From Eledone cirrhosa (taxonomy: Eukaryota): a DNA stretch of 64,000 nt. The stretch covers positions 310,062,001 through 310,126,000 of the forward strand of contig OZ024740.1 in the NCBI GenBank assembly GCA_964016885.1, written 5' to 3'. Both the position numbers and the translations under genes were made by a program. Below are positions 24,997-43,122 of the stretch, in pieces (position 1 is the first letter of the stretch; each line of letters begins with the position of its first letter). A model generated the notes under the pieces. The model saw only the letters and a program-made list of their open reading frames with translations. It ran no database searches and was not told where the DNA came from.

Positions 24997-25881
24997 CCCC
25001 TCCCACCGCTTGCGACTGCTGGACTAGAAGACAGCTGAGAATATATACTTTTCTCGTCTGTGTAAATGAGGTGATTAATCTCATTTGCATATGAAGCTGC
25101 ATATGAATAAATTTCAAAAGAAAATTACCTTCGGAATGTAATTTCAAGTTTGATATTTAATATAATAATTTATTAGAATTATCCCAGTATTAATAGCAGA
25201 ACATATTTTTGATTTGTATCATAAAAAAAAAAGAAAGATTGTTATTTTTTCATTACTGTCTCTATGCAGATGTTGATTTTGGTAAAAGTAATAATATACA
25301 TGATGCGTTATATATATTTCACTGTGTTTATTTTATAGATTGCATTCTGTCAAAGATGATCGATTCTATTGTAAACTAATATTTTTCATCTTATTTATAT
25401 TTTTCTGAATCATTAAATCCTCCGATATTTCGTCCGGCGTGTATTCGAAAAATGTAGACAGTTCGATTAATCTCTATGAAATATATTTCATTTTTGTTTT
25501 TATTTGAGAAATGGTACAAAATGTTGTTAAGATTTATCCATCACGGATAGTATGTATATATTGAGCAAATCAATAAAATGAATAAACAGTCCATGGAAAT
25601 GTTCTTTGCTTACTTAGTCAACAAGTTTCAAATGTTATTTGTAATCTGTATTCAGGTTGCCGCTTTCAGGGATATATTTTTCTTTTATACGTCCAGACAT
25701 GTGACTATTATTAGTATGGCTTTTACTCGTATGCAAATGTAAAGTATGTGCCTGAAATATATTTTTATTAATGTTGGACAATCTTAATGTTAGGGGTAAA
25801 CGGATTTTCCTTTAGGCATCATATTTTGAATTCTATAATGCAATGTAGCAATTTGAGCCTTACACACACACACACACACAC

Positions 25882-25987
<106 letters not shown>

Positions 25988-26020
25988 GTGTGTGTAAACA
26001 TATATATATGCATATATGCA

Positions 26021-26052
<32 letters not shown>

Positions 26053-26186
26053 ACAGTGTTGTAGTTTGATTGAAGCATTGTTGAATAGAAAACAAATTTG
26101 AATAATTTTGAAAACCATACAATGCATTAGTAAGAAAATCATGATTGCTAAGATAGCAAAGAATCTTTCCTTAGCAAATTTGATAA

Positions 26187-26226
26187 TCCCAAATATTTTC
26201 GGGTTTTAAAACCCATCATCAAGGGA
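26187..26226 (-). ncRNA. Minimal hammerhead-like motif (U3.G8 variant)
   Basis: UCCC-UUGAUGA-u-GGGUUuuaaAACCC-GAAA-AUAU-UU-GGGA. Confidence 0.6.
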
Positions 26227-26457
26227 TGCCTGAGAGACTTAAAAGGTCGATCAGAGTTGACTTACTTGTTTGGAGAGCAGGTTTAAGTTAAATGAAAAGA
26301 CGTTAAAATTTCGAACGCGCGCGTTGTGAAATGTATGCTATATGCATGTGTGTGTGTGAATGTAAGTATGCTTAGTGGGATGTGTGTATACGTTTACCTG
26401 AATGTAAGTTTATGTAATGAAAGGTGTGTGCGAATATGTATATAATACAACTAGAAC

Positions 26458-27610
26458 TTGGCACCCTCAAATCCACAGTACGCCTTCAGCCTAGATGTAG
26501 TATCCCTCTATACATCGGTACCTGCACATCCGACAGTGGAGATACTCACTGAGTGTGTCGGTTTCAGCTTCCTGGATTGTTTCGGCCTCTCCACCACCGA
26601 CATCCACCAGCTCCTATCCATCATTGTAAACAACGCCTTTTTCAACTTGGACAAACATACCGACAGAACTCTTGGCTACCCATGGGATCCAGCCTCTCGG
26701 GTTTACTGGCCATTTCGTATATGAACAGACTAGAACACCGATTACTCAGCCTTACATCCACCAAGGAGAATACCAACGATATTTTCGAATCTTTCAACAA
26801 TGCTTACAATAATATCAATTTCAGCATCAAACATCCTACCCACCCCGGGTCTCTCGCACTTGATTTCAAACTAAACATCTCTGATAGTGGTGAAATCCAC
26901 ACTGATTTCTACCGCAAAGTAGCTAGCAGGGACCTGTTTGTGCATTACAAATCTGCCCTCCCCAACAGTTCTAAAGGTACATCTTCAACAAAATGGCTCG
27001 CATACGCAACCGATACAGTGACGCTGCTAATAGAGCCCCACATATCAGACGATTCCACAAGGTACTAGAGATAAACGGCTTCCCAGCATTCTTCTCCACC
27101 CCACGACGAAACCCCAGACACAGAGACCGGACCAACACAAACAACAGTTCCTTCTTCGAGATCCCACATCTCAGAGAGGAAACCACCAATGCCGTACGCA
27201 AAGCCATCAGAGGAGAGAGCCTCAATATCAAACTAGTTCCCTCTGGACCTTCCCTGCGAAGATGCCTCTCCACAAGGCAACACCCCCAACGAGGATAACG
27301 GATGCACCCTAGCCAATTGCCCCATCGGCGACAGTAATTGTTACCTACGTACCTACGTAGTATACAGGCTAGAATGTAACAAGAGCAATCTATTTCACAT
27401 AGGTAGCACTATTTGACCGTTACATCTCCCTATTAAAGAGCATGTTAACACCAACTTCTCTTCCTTCCGCAAACACATCATCAATAATACCACCATAATC
27501 TTAGCTACCGAACGCAGGATAGGCACGCTGAGAATGAAGGAATCCCTCTTAATCAAGCAATTAAAACCTAGGATCAACAATCGAATAGAAAGAAGTGCAC
27601 CAGAATGATT
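26458..27610 (+). pseudogene. Penelope-type RT plus GIY-YIG, frameshifted, YxDD region deleted
   Basis: FSLDVVSLYTSVP, LPMGSSLSGLLA, FYRK..LFVHYKSALP, VYRLEC..HIGST, RMKESLLIKQLKPRIN. Confidence 0.85.
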
Positions 27611-27982
27611 AATTTAAAAGCCTGTATTCCCACATCCCAGCGGCCAGTTTCATTCTTTCTTTCAAATTAAATCAATGTCCTCCCCAGGCAAACACATTTA
27701 GACTCACACACACATACATATACATATATCGCACACCTATTTACCCCGTTTTTGTATATACGTATTAGCACAAACCTTTCACTACATAAAGTTACATTCA
27801 TGCAAACACATACAAATATCCCTCTAAGCATACTTACATACACACACACACACATGCATATATCATACATTTCAAAACGCGCACGTTCAAAATTTTAACG
27901 TCTTTTCATTTCATTTAACTTAAATTTTCTCTCCAAACAAGTATGTCAACTCTGATCGACATTTTAAGTCTCTCTGGGATAC

Positions 27983-28022
27983 TCCCTTGATGATGGGTTT
28001 TAAAACCCGAACATATTTGGGA
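27983..28022 (+). ncRNA. Mirror hammerhead-like motif (GAAA mutated to GAAC)
   Basis: Copy in the 3' pLTR. Confidence 0.5.
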
Positions 28023-29068
28023 TTATCAAATTTGCTGAGGCAAGATTCTTTGCTATCTTAGCAATCATGTTCTTCTTACTAATGCATTGTATGGTTTTCA
28101 AAATTATTCAAATTGTTTTTCTATTCAACAATGCTTCAATCAAACTACAACATTCTAATGCAATGTATGCTTTTCAGAATTATTTAAATTTGTTATCCAT
28201 ATATATATATATATATAAGTTAAAACAATGAAATAAAAAATCAAGTCATTAGAGATATACTTCACTGCTTTACAATCGTTTCTAGGTGATGATAATACAT
28301 TCTAGCTATACTCAGTAATTGATCTATGTAAGGTTAGTTACAAACTATCAGATAAAGAGAATATTTACTTACATAGATATCACCAGCTGTTTTCAAAAGC
28401 AATAATAATGTTATTCAATAAGGATTTTATTCAGAATTAGTAGTATGATAGTATCATGTCTTTATTTGGAGATAGTTGAAGAACTAACGAATCAAAATGT
28501 TTTTTTCATAAGGTGTTAAGATGAAAAGTAATATATTTTAGTTGAGGTCATGACCCTTTGAAAGGAATGGTTGAAGGGTGTTAATAGTAGATTTGGCATA
28601 ACAATCTATTAGGAGGAAAGGTATTGTCAAACTGATAGTTGAATGTATCTGGTATAGTGAATTTAAAAGGAATGTCAAAATAAATGGTGATTAGTGTTGT
28701 ATTGACTTTTTAGGTGAATATAAATTGAGGTTATGGCTAGGAAAGATAGTATATTAAAAGATGAAAATTATAATAAGATAATTAAATACAGTAATGCGAT
28801 AATATACAACTTAACCATCACAATATAGTACTGTGAGATAAATTGCATTTAGTATAATATAGCATATTATACGCCCTAAAATACTGTCAAGTATGTTTAT
28901 GCATAAATAATCAAATTCAGAAAAACACTTGTTGGCATAGTTAAAACACATACATTTCATAGATTACAAAGTGCATATACCTACACTATATATAGAGAGA
29001 GGTACAGTTAAAATGATATCCAAGCAAAAATATATATACACACATACACATACATAAATACATATACT

Positions 29069-29127
<59 letters not shown>

Positions 29128-30681
29128 TTGCGAGGTTTTTTATATGAAATCGTGTGTCGAAACAGCCATGACGTTAGATGTTTCTCCCCTAGTAGACCTA
29201 TAAGAGGTAGACCCCCCACCATAACCTCAATGGCTAAAAAGACTCCCATAGGAAGGTGGATTGGGTGGACCAAAGCTATACGGACCACCCAAAACACTGA
29301 TCAGGTAAGAAAAATGGTCGCACATGCAATAGGGGCTAGTATCAAAACTACCCTAAAGGGCCACATATTTAAGTTCAATGAGAAAATCTACACCCAAAAT
29401 GAGGGAGCAGCCATCGGCGTCAGCATAGCTGGTGATGTTGCCAACCTTTTCATGGTATGGTGGGAAAGGAGACTTAAAGATCTCCTTAATGAAAGCTCCA
29501 TAGACCTCATCATGTACTCTCGTTATGTAGACGATATCAATATAGTTGTAAGAACACCCCCACTAGAGAGCACTAACAAGTTTGATTTAGAACGTAGCAC
29601 GATGGAAAGCATCCAGCAGATAGCTAATTCTATACACCAGAGTATAACTGTAACTATAGACTTCCCTTCCAAACACCCTAACAATAGACTACCTGTATTA
29701 GACACAGAACTCTGGATTAACACTATAGACGAGAGAGCCCAAATTCTCCACTCACACTATGCTAAACCCATGTCCTCCAAATACCTGATACTCAAAAACT
29801 CAGCAATGTCCAGTAGTGCTAAGTTTAATATTCTGATCGCAGATTTGGTACGAGTGATGAAGAATGTGTCCAGCATGTGCGACCCAACAGAAATGGAAGG
29901 ACACATCCAACACTTCATCAACCGCATGCAGTTCTCTGGCTACAACCAAAGAGACAGAGTCAGAGTATACGAAGGAGCCATGGAAAAGTATAAGACCCTC
30001 ATAGAACTGGACATGAAAGGAATTTGCCCACTATACAGGAGCAAATCATGGAATAGCTTAGATAGGGCTAGACATAAGTTAGGGAAGGCCACATCATGGT
30101 ACGACAACCAGAGATATCAGAGTGTCATGTTTGTGGACGCCACCCCTGGAGGGAAATTAGCTAACCAGTGTAGAAAGGCCCTGAGAAAGACCCACTTAAA
30201 AATAAAGGTGGTAGAAAAGCCAGGAACCACCATAAAATCCCTGATCAGCAAAACCTACCCTTTTAAGAAAACCCACTGTACCAATAGGAAATGTATCATA
30301 TGTAAGGTAAACCCCCGGATAAACTGTAAAACTAGAAACGTAGTCTATAGCATAAGATGTACAGAGGGTACTTGCAGAAACATGACAACAACATACATAG
30401 GTGAGACAGCTCGTAGCATAGGTGAAAGGATAGACCAACACTGGGGGGAACTAAAAGGACGAAAAAACGGGTCAGTACTATACGAACATGCTAGACAACA
30501 ACATGACGGTAACATAGACAACATAGAAATTAGAATAATATCTAAACATAGGAATGACCCAGCAGATAGGCAAATCAGAGAGGCCAGTGAAATAGAAATT
30601 AGAAGACCAAAGCTAAACAGAAAGAATGAGTGGAACAACAACAACACCCAAACAAACAACACTGACCTAAGAGAAGTATAA
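29128..30681 (+). CDS. Penelope-like RT (C-terminal half) plus GIY-YIG endonuclease; uninterrupted 517-codon frame, 5'-truncated; Naiad-like
   Basis: QNEGAAIGVSIAGDVANLFM, YSRYVDD, LPVLD, YAKPMSS, SGY, LYRSKSW, VMFVDATP, CxxxxCxxC, NVVYSIRC, YIGETARSIGERIDQH, RQIREASEI; start is not a true ATG. Confidence 0.85.
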   Translation: MRGFLYEIVCRNSHDVRCFSPSRPIRGRPPTITSMAKKTPIGRWIGWTKAIRTTQNTDQVRKMVAHAIGASIKTTLKGHIFKFNEKIYTQNEGAAIGVSIAGDVANLFMVWWERRLKDLLNESSIDLIMYSRYVDDINIVVRTPPLESTNKFDLERSTMESIQQIANSIHQSITVTIDFPSKHPNNRLPVLDTELWINTIDERAQILHSHYAKPMSSKYLILKNSAMSSSAKFNILIADLVRVMKNVSSMCDPTEMEGHIQHFINRMQFSGYNQRDRVRVYEGAMEKYKTLIELDMKGICPLYRSKSWNSLDRARHKLGKATSWYDNQRYQSVMFVDATPGGKLANQCRKALRKTHLKIKVVEKPGTTIKSLISKTYPFKKTHCTNRKCIICKVNPRINCKTRNVVYSIRCTEGTCRNMTTTYIGETARSIGERIDQHWGELKGRKNGSVLYEHARQQHDGNIDNIEIRIISKHRNDPADRQIREASEIEIRRPKLNRKNEWNNNNTQTNNTDLREV

Positions 30682-30960
30682 ATAAGTAAATAAAATTAAA
30701 TAAAATAAGATAAATAAATACATACACAAGCACAATAACAACAAGCACATAAACACACACTAGTCACCCAGCAGACACAACACTATACACACTAGTCACA
30801 CATCACACATAACACTATACACACACGCAAACGCATGCGCAAAGAAGACAAAATAAAATAAGATAAGCAAACAAGCAAATAAATAAATAAATATATAGAC
30901 AGACTGAACAAAAAAAAATGGCGTAGACATACAACACAACAGGAGGAACAATGAATATAA

Positions 30961-31003
30961 CACCACTGACGATGTTGCAGATGTGCAACGAAAGATTTAT
31001 GTA
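30961..31003 (+). ncRNA. Hammerhead motif in the PLE 3' region
   Basis: CUGACGA-u-GUUGCAgaugUGCAAC-GAAA-GAUU-UA; weak stem I. Confidence 0.55.
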
Positions 31004-31040
31004 AATTATGTAAACTATATATATGTGTTTGTGTCTATAT

Positions 31041-31207
31041 TGTATCTGTATTATTTTTGACCGTCGGTCAGTCAATGGCAACATTGAGGACCGAGTAAGT
31101 TAGATCGCAGATATAAAAGACAGCGAGAAGCGAAAACCAACCAAACAGTGAGTGTGTTCTGTTATTAATTCTGGCAATATTACGCAAATATGACCCTCCC
31201 CAAATAT

Positions 31208-31211
<4 letters not shown>
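31041..31211 (-). repeat. Short TG..CA element (solo-LTR-like), copy 3
   Basis: 171 bp; flanked by ATAT on both sides (possible 4-bp TSD). Confidence 0.7.
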
Positions 31212-31270
<59 letters not shown>

Positions 31271-31504
31271 CATACACACACATAAATATATTTCCATATC
31301 ATACATAGATATATATTTACTCATGCAATTACGGGTGGTTGTGTATCTTGTTGCCTTTAGACATTAACGCATAAATCTAAGGAAGCTAAAACATTAAAAA
31401 GCAAAAGATTAGCATGAATGCATATAATTAGTGGAAATAGGTACTAATAAATGTTACTCTATATGGAATTATAGTGAGTTGCTATTTAGAATATTTAATT
31501 ACGT

Positions 31505-32690
31505 TTATAGTATTTAATTAGGTTTATAGTATTTAAATGTTTTTCGTATACGGTGATTACAAACTATGATCAATTCCTGTCTTTTATTTAATAAATCGTC
31601 CTTAGATTTAGTAATTTCCAAGATCTCCCCTGAACATAATCTGCATTCCCTCCTGTTCCCAAGATATGGAGTTCTTTGTAGAATGGTGTTCCACGATAAC
31701 TTGAAATATATATTTTTCTTTTTATAATTATTTACCGCTTCAGCTAAAGATGTGGTGTTAGCTAGTTTAGTATTGTTGAAACTAATAGAGTGTGCGTAAA
31801 ATCTTTTCTTAAATGTGTTTGATGTAGATCCTATATATGTTTTGTTGGAGTCTGTAGTAGACACAGTGCATTTATATATTACATTATTAATCAAACAGTT
31901 GCCATTTAAGAGGCAAATGCTTCTATTTCTGCAATTACAGCCATACGTAAGATGGTTGTTGGGGGTGCCTATACTATTCTCATTAATCCTTGAGCTATTC
32001 CTATTGTAATTAATGATAGCAGGAGAATGAAGGTTGCTTTGTGGGTGGTTTGGTGCTAGGGTTGTATTGTGATTTTGTGTTCTGTTGTTTTTGTGTTGGT
32101 GATTTGGGTGGTTGTGTTTTCTAGGTTGAAGGATTTTTATTATTTGCCTTTTTAAAAAGTGCAGTCCTATTTAAATTATGTTGTGGGGTGTAGTCATATT
32201 ATTTTTAAGTTTATAAATGTTGTAGTTGCTTATTTTTTGCTTGATGTAGAGTATGAGAATTTAACAGTATATTTGTTAAATATTTGGTGGTATCTGTGGT
32301 TTGGTGGAAAATGTTTATGTAGAATTTCAAAGAATTTTTTGGGGATTTGTCCAATAGTTTACAGGTTGAAGGGTTCGTTGTACCATGTTATGTTTCTTTT
32401 GTGGTTTTTAGTTAAGTTCTTAATATCACTTATATTATTGTGTTGTGTTCTAGAAGAATTCCTATGGTTAGTGTCCATATTTGTGGAATTTGGTAAATTA
32501 TCGTGGTTGTATTTGGTGTTATTTTTGGGTAGATTATGAGATTTTGAGTGCTTGGTATTCATATGTGGGTTGATAACATTGGTCATAGATCGTGTAGTAA
32601 TAGTTGTTGTGGTTTTTCGGTTGTTTGGTGTAATAGGAATAACCACTTTAGGTATTTGTTTCAATGGTATTTTTTGGTGTTTGTAGTTTT
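31505..32690 (-). pseudogene. Penelope-like element C-terminal region (linker plus GIY-YIG), decayed
   Basis: KRNITWYNEPFNL, HFPPNHRYHQIFNK, CNCRNRSICLLNGNCL, YIGSTSNTFKKRFYAH, CRLCSGE. Confidence 0.85.
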
Positions 32691-32700
32691 TGTGGATACC

Positions 32701-33795
<1,095 letters not shown>

Positions 33796-33927
33796 GTGAG
33801 GGTTTTTTTTACAAAATGAAAAATAACCGAGGTGTCCTACACGAGTGGAAGTATAAAGAAAAAGGGATGAAATCGAAAATGCAACTGAAGTCTTATTTTT
33901 TTTTTAAATATATATATTTATTTGGTT

Positions 33928-33965
33928 CCTTTACCGGTTTCGCAGTTCTTCTGCTTTTCAAAAGG
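33928..33965 (-). ncRNA. Minimal hammerhead, U3:A8 variant (mirror copy)
   Basis: Exact reverse complement of 34030-34067. Confidence 0.8.
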
Positions 33966-34029
33966 TGAGTTGAGATGGAGGGTCTGTGGTTTTCTCACAG
34001 AAAAACCACAGACCCTCCATCTCAACTCA

Positions 34030-34067
34030 CCTTTTGAAAAGCAGAAGAACTGCGAAACCGGTAAAGG
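34030..34067 (+). ncRNA. Minimal hammerhead, U3:A8 compensatory variant, GUA cleavage after 34063
   Basis: CCUU-UUGAAAA-GCAGaagaaCUGC-GAAA-CCGG-UA-AAGG. Confidence 0.8.
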
Positions 34068-34136
34068 AACCAAATAAATATATATATTTTTTAAAAAAAT
34101 AAGACTTCAGTTGCATTTTCGATTTCATCCCTTTTT

Positions 34137-36074
<1,938 letters not shown>

Positions 36075-36249
36075 AAACGACCTCCCCCTATTGGCCACTA
36101 TACCTCCTCCCCACCCTACCCCCACCCCTCCTCAACCTGAAATACGGCCACTATGGTTATGTGGGTACCTCTTTCGTATCTACATTTTCTGCCTGTAGAG
36201 GTGTTTTTATGTGCCTGCGTATATGCGTATATTTATTGAGTACCTATTT

Positions 36250-38060
<1,811 letters not shown>

Positions 38061-38187
38061 AAAGTTATATTTAAATTGTTGGGTTACAACTAGTAAATAT
38101 TTATAACTGATATAAAAGCACTCGACAAATATTTGGAGTATATTTACAATATTAAATAAATGGAAACTATATCTATAAAACCATATT

Positions 38188-38253
38188 TATTTCATTATAT
38201 ATATTTCAGGGATATCATATTAACAATATGCTATGCCTTCCTCAGACAAAATA
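38188..38253 (-). ncRNA. Type I hammerhead ribozyme (mirror of 40881-40946)
   Basis: Identical reverse complement. Confidence 0.75.
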
Positions 38254-38439
38254 CAATATAAACAGTTTTATAGATAAATAGATTCGACATACCGTAACAT
38301 CTACTTGCATTTGAGAAGGTTGATTTGGTAGTGACAAAATTGTACACAAAGAGAAAGAAAGAGAGAGAGAAAGAGAGAAAAAGAGAGAAAAAAGAAAATA
38401 AATAGAAAATGTAAACAAATTACACAATTCTTTAATTAT

Positions 38440-39513
38440 TTTAATCTTAAAATAGAAATTGAAAACAACCATAGAATAGTCAATTTCCTAGATATAACAT
38501 TAAATCTCAACACATGTCTTCACTATCCTTTTCACAAGTTGAATGAAAACTTAAACTATGTAAACTTTAACTCTAACCACCCCAGATCTGTCAAAAACAC
38601 TATAGTAAACTCTGTCCAAAAATGTATCTCTAGGATCTCGTCGAATAGAAAGATTTTCGACGAAAAAGCCCAATACTACGATGAAGCATTAGCTAGAGCA
38701 GGATATGCTGATAAGATTGTGTACATAGATAATGATAGACAAACTAAACAAAGTAACAATTTTTTTAATTACGGCAACATCCTTAACAACTATAATAGAA
38801 AGCATTACAATAATTCCAAAGGCCAAAAAAGAAATAGAACTAGGAACATAATTTGGTTTGCCCCCCCTTTCTCACTAAACATTAAAACCCACATCGCTAA
38901 ACTATTTTTTAAAGCTCTTGATAATCGCTTCCCTAGAACACATAGATATCACTCAATTTTCAATAGACATACAATTAAATTAACCTACTCATCCACCAAA
39001 AATTTAGCACAAAATATCAATAGAATAAATAATAGGAACTTAAAACCTAATGATAACAGCATAAATAATATACAAGTTAACAAATGTAACTGTAGAGATA
39101 GATCTAAATGTCCGTTAAATAACAACTGCTTAGTTAAAAATATAGTATACAATTGTAATGTTAATACTGACTCTAATTCTTTTAACTACGTCGGTTCCAC
39201 ATCGACGGAATTTAAACTTCGCTATAATAACCACAAGAATTCTTTCACAGATCCAAGTAAAAAATCTTCAACGGCACTATCAGGCGTACTATGGCAACTT
39301 AAGCTAGATAACGTTAGATATTCGACGGCTTGGAATATAGTCTCAAGAGGGATTCCTTTTAATTCATCCTCTGAGACATGTGACCTCTGCGCAGAGGAGA
39401 TATTCTTTATACTAAAATCTAAAAATTCCCTTAATCTACGGATAAATTTATTCAGTTGTTGCAAACATAGATTAAACTCAACGTTTAAATATAAATTTAA
39501 ATTTAAAATGTAG
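38440..39513 (+). pseudogene. Penelope-like RT thumb, linker and GIY-YIG
   Basis: NFLDITLNL, NSNHP, WFAPPFS, CNCRDRSKCPLNNNCL, YVGSTSTEFKLRYNNH, CDLCAEE. Confidence 0.9.
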
Positions 39514-40880
39514 TATATTTAGTTTGATTTATAATTATATGGGAAACTAGCCGATAAATCTTTGATTCTCTTTTTATTCTTTTTATTTTTATTTTGTTTG
39601 TTTAAACATTCTTCATGAAAAATTAAGCTATCCTAAAAGTTGATGCTCCAAATATTTCGAATAAACGTTACACTAGATAAACTTCTATATTAAATATAAG
39701 AACACATGTAGACCAAATTGGGCATCCTATACTTTTTGAAATGATCTTTACTAGATGCGATTTGATAGATCATTTTTGGCTTTATCTGTTTTTCGACTCT
39801 GATGTTTATAATGAACTTGGCAATATATTGTCAATTAATTTTGAAGGGTTGATCTTCGTGGTTTATTTTATTTTTATTATTGTAGTATTTCCTAATTTTT
39901 ATTTTTAATATTCTTAATATGTAAATTTTTTAATATGTAATATTTTTAATATGTAATATTCTTTCGTAATATTTCTTAGTTTTCTATTTTATTATTACTT
40001 ATTATTATTATTATTGTTATTTTTAGTTTTGTTTCCGATATATATTTATATTTTTATTTTTATTTTTATTAGTATATTGAAATCTGCTCTATCTTTGCTT
40101 GATAGACTGAAATAGTAATATTGAGTCTATATACACATATATGTATACTTAAATTTTTATACCACATTGAGAATACTTTCCGTGAACTTAAGGTTTGCAG
40201 AATTGATCATGTACATTCACATAGATGTTTGTAATTATCACATAAACATATGAATTTTTTAAAAAACTAAACATAAGATCATTAATTTTCACACATTGTG
40301 GATACATATCTCATTCAGGAATACTGATATTTACAATGTAGAGGCTGGTTTTGTAAATACTAATACCTCTATATTAAAACAGAGGTTTTTTACGCCTCGC
40401 CTGTGTCTGGATATTTTTGAATTTTTTCTCTCTCTTTTTTTCTCTCTCTATATTTTTTCTCTCCCTATATAACAGCTGGTTTTCCCTCCATATATCTCCC
40501 TTACATTAATACTAGAGCTAAATAAATAAATAAATAAATAAATGTATCATTGATACGTTATTCAACAGTCGTCCCACTACCTAGCTTTCTATATATATCT
40601 ATCTATCTCTATTTCCTCTCTCTATATATATATATATCTCTTTCTGTTTCTTTACATGAAGTTCTTCTCTTTATCTATCTTTCCATCTCTCTATTTTGTT
40701 CCATGCATTTCTGCTTTTTCTTTTTCTTCGTTTTCTGTCTTTTTTTCTCTCTTTTTCTCTCTTTCTCTCTCTCTTTCTTTTTCTTTGTGTACAATTTTGT
40801 CACTACCAAATCAACCTTCTCAAATACAAGTAGATGTTACGGTATGTCGAATCTATTTATCTATAAAACTGTTTATATTG

Positions 40881-40946
40881 TATTTTGTCTGAGGAAGGCA
40901 TAGCATATTGTTAATATGATATCCCTGAAATATATATAATGAAATA
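40881..40946 (+). ncRNA. Type I hammerhead ribozyme, AUA cleavage after 40938
   Basis: UAUUUUGU-CUGAGGA-AGG..CAUAUUguuAAUAUG..CCU-GAAA-UAUAUA-UA-AUGAAAUA. Confidence 0.75.
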
Positions 40947-40989
40947 AATATGGTTTTATAAATATAGTTTCCATTTATTTAATATTGTA

Positions 40990-41167
40990 TATATATATAT
41001 ATATATCTGTGTATATATATCTATATATATCTATATGTATTTGTGTGTATATGTATACACATGTATATTTGTGTTTGTATGTATGTGTGTGAGTGTATTT
41101 ATATGTGTATATATGTGTGTGTGTGTGTGTGTATATATATGTATGTGTGTGTGTGTATGTATATATA

Positions 41168-41216
<49 letters not shown>

Positions 41217-41920
41217 ATGTATATGTATGTATATAAATATATTTATATATATGTGTGTGTATTTTTATGTGTGTATATGTGTATGTGTGTGTGTTTTTAT
41301 GGTTGCGCGTGAGTGTGTGAGTGAGTATGTTTTTTTGTGAATGTGTCTGTTAATTTTTGGCATATAGTTGATTAGTTTAAGAGAAGTTCGAAGATAATTG
41401 TAAGATATGCACTCAGTATTTTGAATCTGTCTACAGAATTCTCTAGTCCTTTGTCACTTAGTAGAACCTTAATGATTTTAGCTTTTAAAGAATCTCCCTT
41501 TTCTTTAATTCTATCGACCATGACTGACGCCCCACTGATCTTATAGACAGCTGTTAGCTTAAGAGAAACTTAATGACAAGGAATGGTATGCCATCCGGAG
41601 CGTGTTTATAGAATTATGTCTGCCCTTGTTACTCTAAAAACATAAATAAATAAAAATAAACTATAGCTTTGTAGAATTAGCTTTTAATGAATTCCCTTTT
41701 CTATCAACCAATGACCTACACCCATCCCACTCCCTACCCTCTCCTACCACTTGTAGAGACCTATAAATACCATTTTTATTTTTTGATACCCAGATTCCTG
41801 ATGATTTCTAATGAATGAAACAGTTCTAGTCCTGTAGAATCTCATCTATATTAAAACTTTTATACTCTGCTATGTATTGAGTACCTTACTTACTGTGGTT
41901 ACCTCCGATTCAACCCGGAA
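40990..41920 (+). repeat. pLTR-like unit (partner of 32785-33650)
   Basis: Inverted near-identity; ends in an HHR plus a tail shared with 17978-18100. Confidence 0.9.
41792..41842 (+). ncRNA. Type I hammerhead ribozyme, intact core, GUA cleavage after 41836
   Basis: AGAUUC-CUGAUGA-uUUCuaauGAAu-GAAA-CAG uucuaguc CUG-UA-GAAUCU. Confidence 0.85.
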
Positions 41921-41924
41921 TAAC

Positions 41925-42305
<381 letters not shown>

Positions 42306-42410
42306 GAGAGAAAATTGAGGTTGGTAATGGCACATGGAATATATAAGAGACAGAATACTTTTTTGTGAAAAAACATAATTTTATAAGGTAAGGAAATAAT
42401 AAAGGGTATA

Positions 42411-42459
42411 AAAAATGACCGGTTTCGATGGGTCTGCAAAAGCCATCTTTTCAAATGTT
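42411..42459 (-). ncRNA. Minimal hammerhead, U3:A8 variant, GUC
   Basis: AACAU-UUGAAAA-GAUGG..CCAUC-GAAA-CCGG-UC-AUUUU. Confidence 0.7.
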
Positions 42460-42640
42460 GATTAATATGAAGAAAAATTAATAATAAGAAGAGTTAAAAT
42501 TTGAGATTTGAAAATTCAAGTATAAAATTCATTGTGGGATTTCATAGTAGTTTTCATCTTGGTAGCCGCAAGTTGACTGCTGTGTGCCTTTCTGTTAGTG
42601 AATGAGAAGTTATTTGGGGGTGTGGGTTATATATATATAC

Positions 42641-42671
<31 letters not shown>

Positions 42672-42841
42672 CGTGTGTAAGTAGAACTTAGGTTCATCAT
42701 AGCTACAAATATGTATGTGAATTTCTTATAACTAAAGATATACGGTATGTTTATAGATAAACATTTTGAAAGCCACAGCTATGAATTGAACCCTGGTGGT
42801 CAGCGCCGCCATGTAATGTCCAGCAGAAGCAAGGGGAATAA

Positions 42842-42881
42842 CTGTCGATGCATTTCGAACTTAATGATTCTCATTAAGACG
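42842..42881 (-). ncRNA. Minimal hammerhead copy with mutated core (UUAAUGA)
   Basis: GUC-UUAAUGA-GAAUcauuaaGUUC-GAAA-UGCA-UC-GAC; homologue of 24955-24996. Confidence 0.6.
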
Positions 42882-42987
42882 ATTACATTTATTGTATTCA
42901 GCCATGTAGAGCGAAATTTTTATTTTTTATTTGAATTTGGCAAAGCCGATCTTTTATCGCTCGTATACAGGAAACTGACTGGCCAGT

Positions 42988-43085
42988 CTGCTGATATGCA
43001 AATGTGGCTGATCAGTGGATCTGCTAATATGCAGATCTGACTCATCAGCCAGTCTGCTATTATGCAAATCAGGCCGATCAGTCAC
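42988..43085 (+). promoter_or_regulatory. Three 33-bp repeats, each with an octamer-like motif (ATGCAAAT, ATGCAGAT, ATGCAAAT)
   Basis: CTGCT..TATGCA.AT at 42988, 43021 and 43054; function inferred. Confidence 0.5.
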
Positions 43086-43122
43086 TGTGTATTTTTAAAA
43101 ATACAGTTGGCAGGTGAACAGT

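Larger units (their letters stand above)
26057..28152 (+). mobile_element. 5'-truncated Penelope-like element with inverted pLTRs (26057-26443 and 27756-28152)
   Basis: RT and GIY-YIG remnants between ~390-bp inverted repeats, each holding an HHR-like motif. Confidence 0.88.
38146..40989 (+). mobile_element. 5'-truncated Penelope-like element with inverted pLTRs (38146-38400 and 40735-40989)
   Basis: ORF 38539-39513 lies between ~250-bp inverted repeats that carry HHRs. Confidence 0.88.

Noticed and set aside
30949-30985. Possible SECIS (ATGA..GA) after the Naiad-like ORF
   Set aside because: Helix too short, no apical AA, no in-frame UGA in the ORF; the HHR fold explains the sequence better
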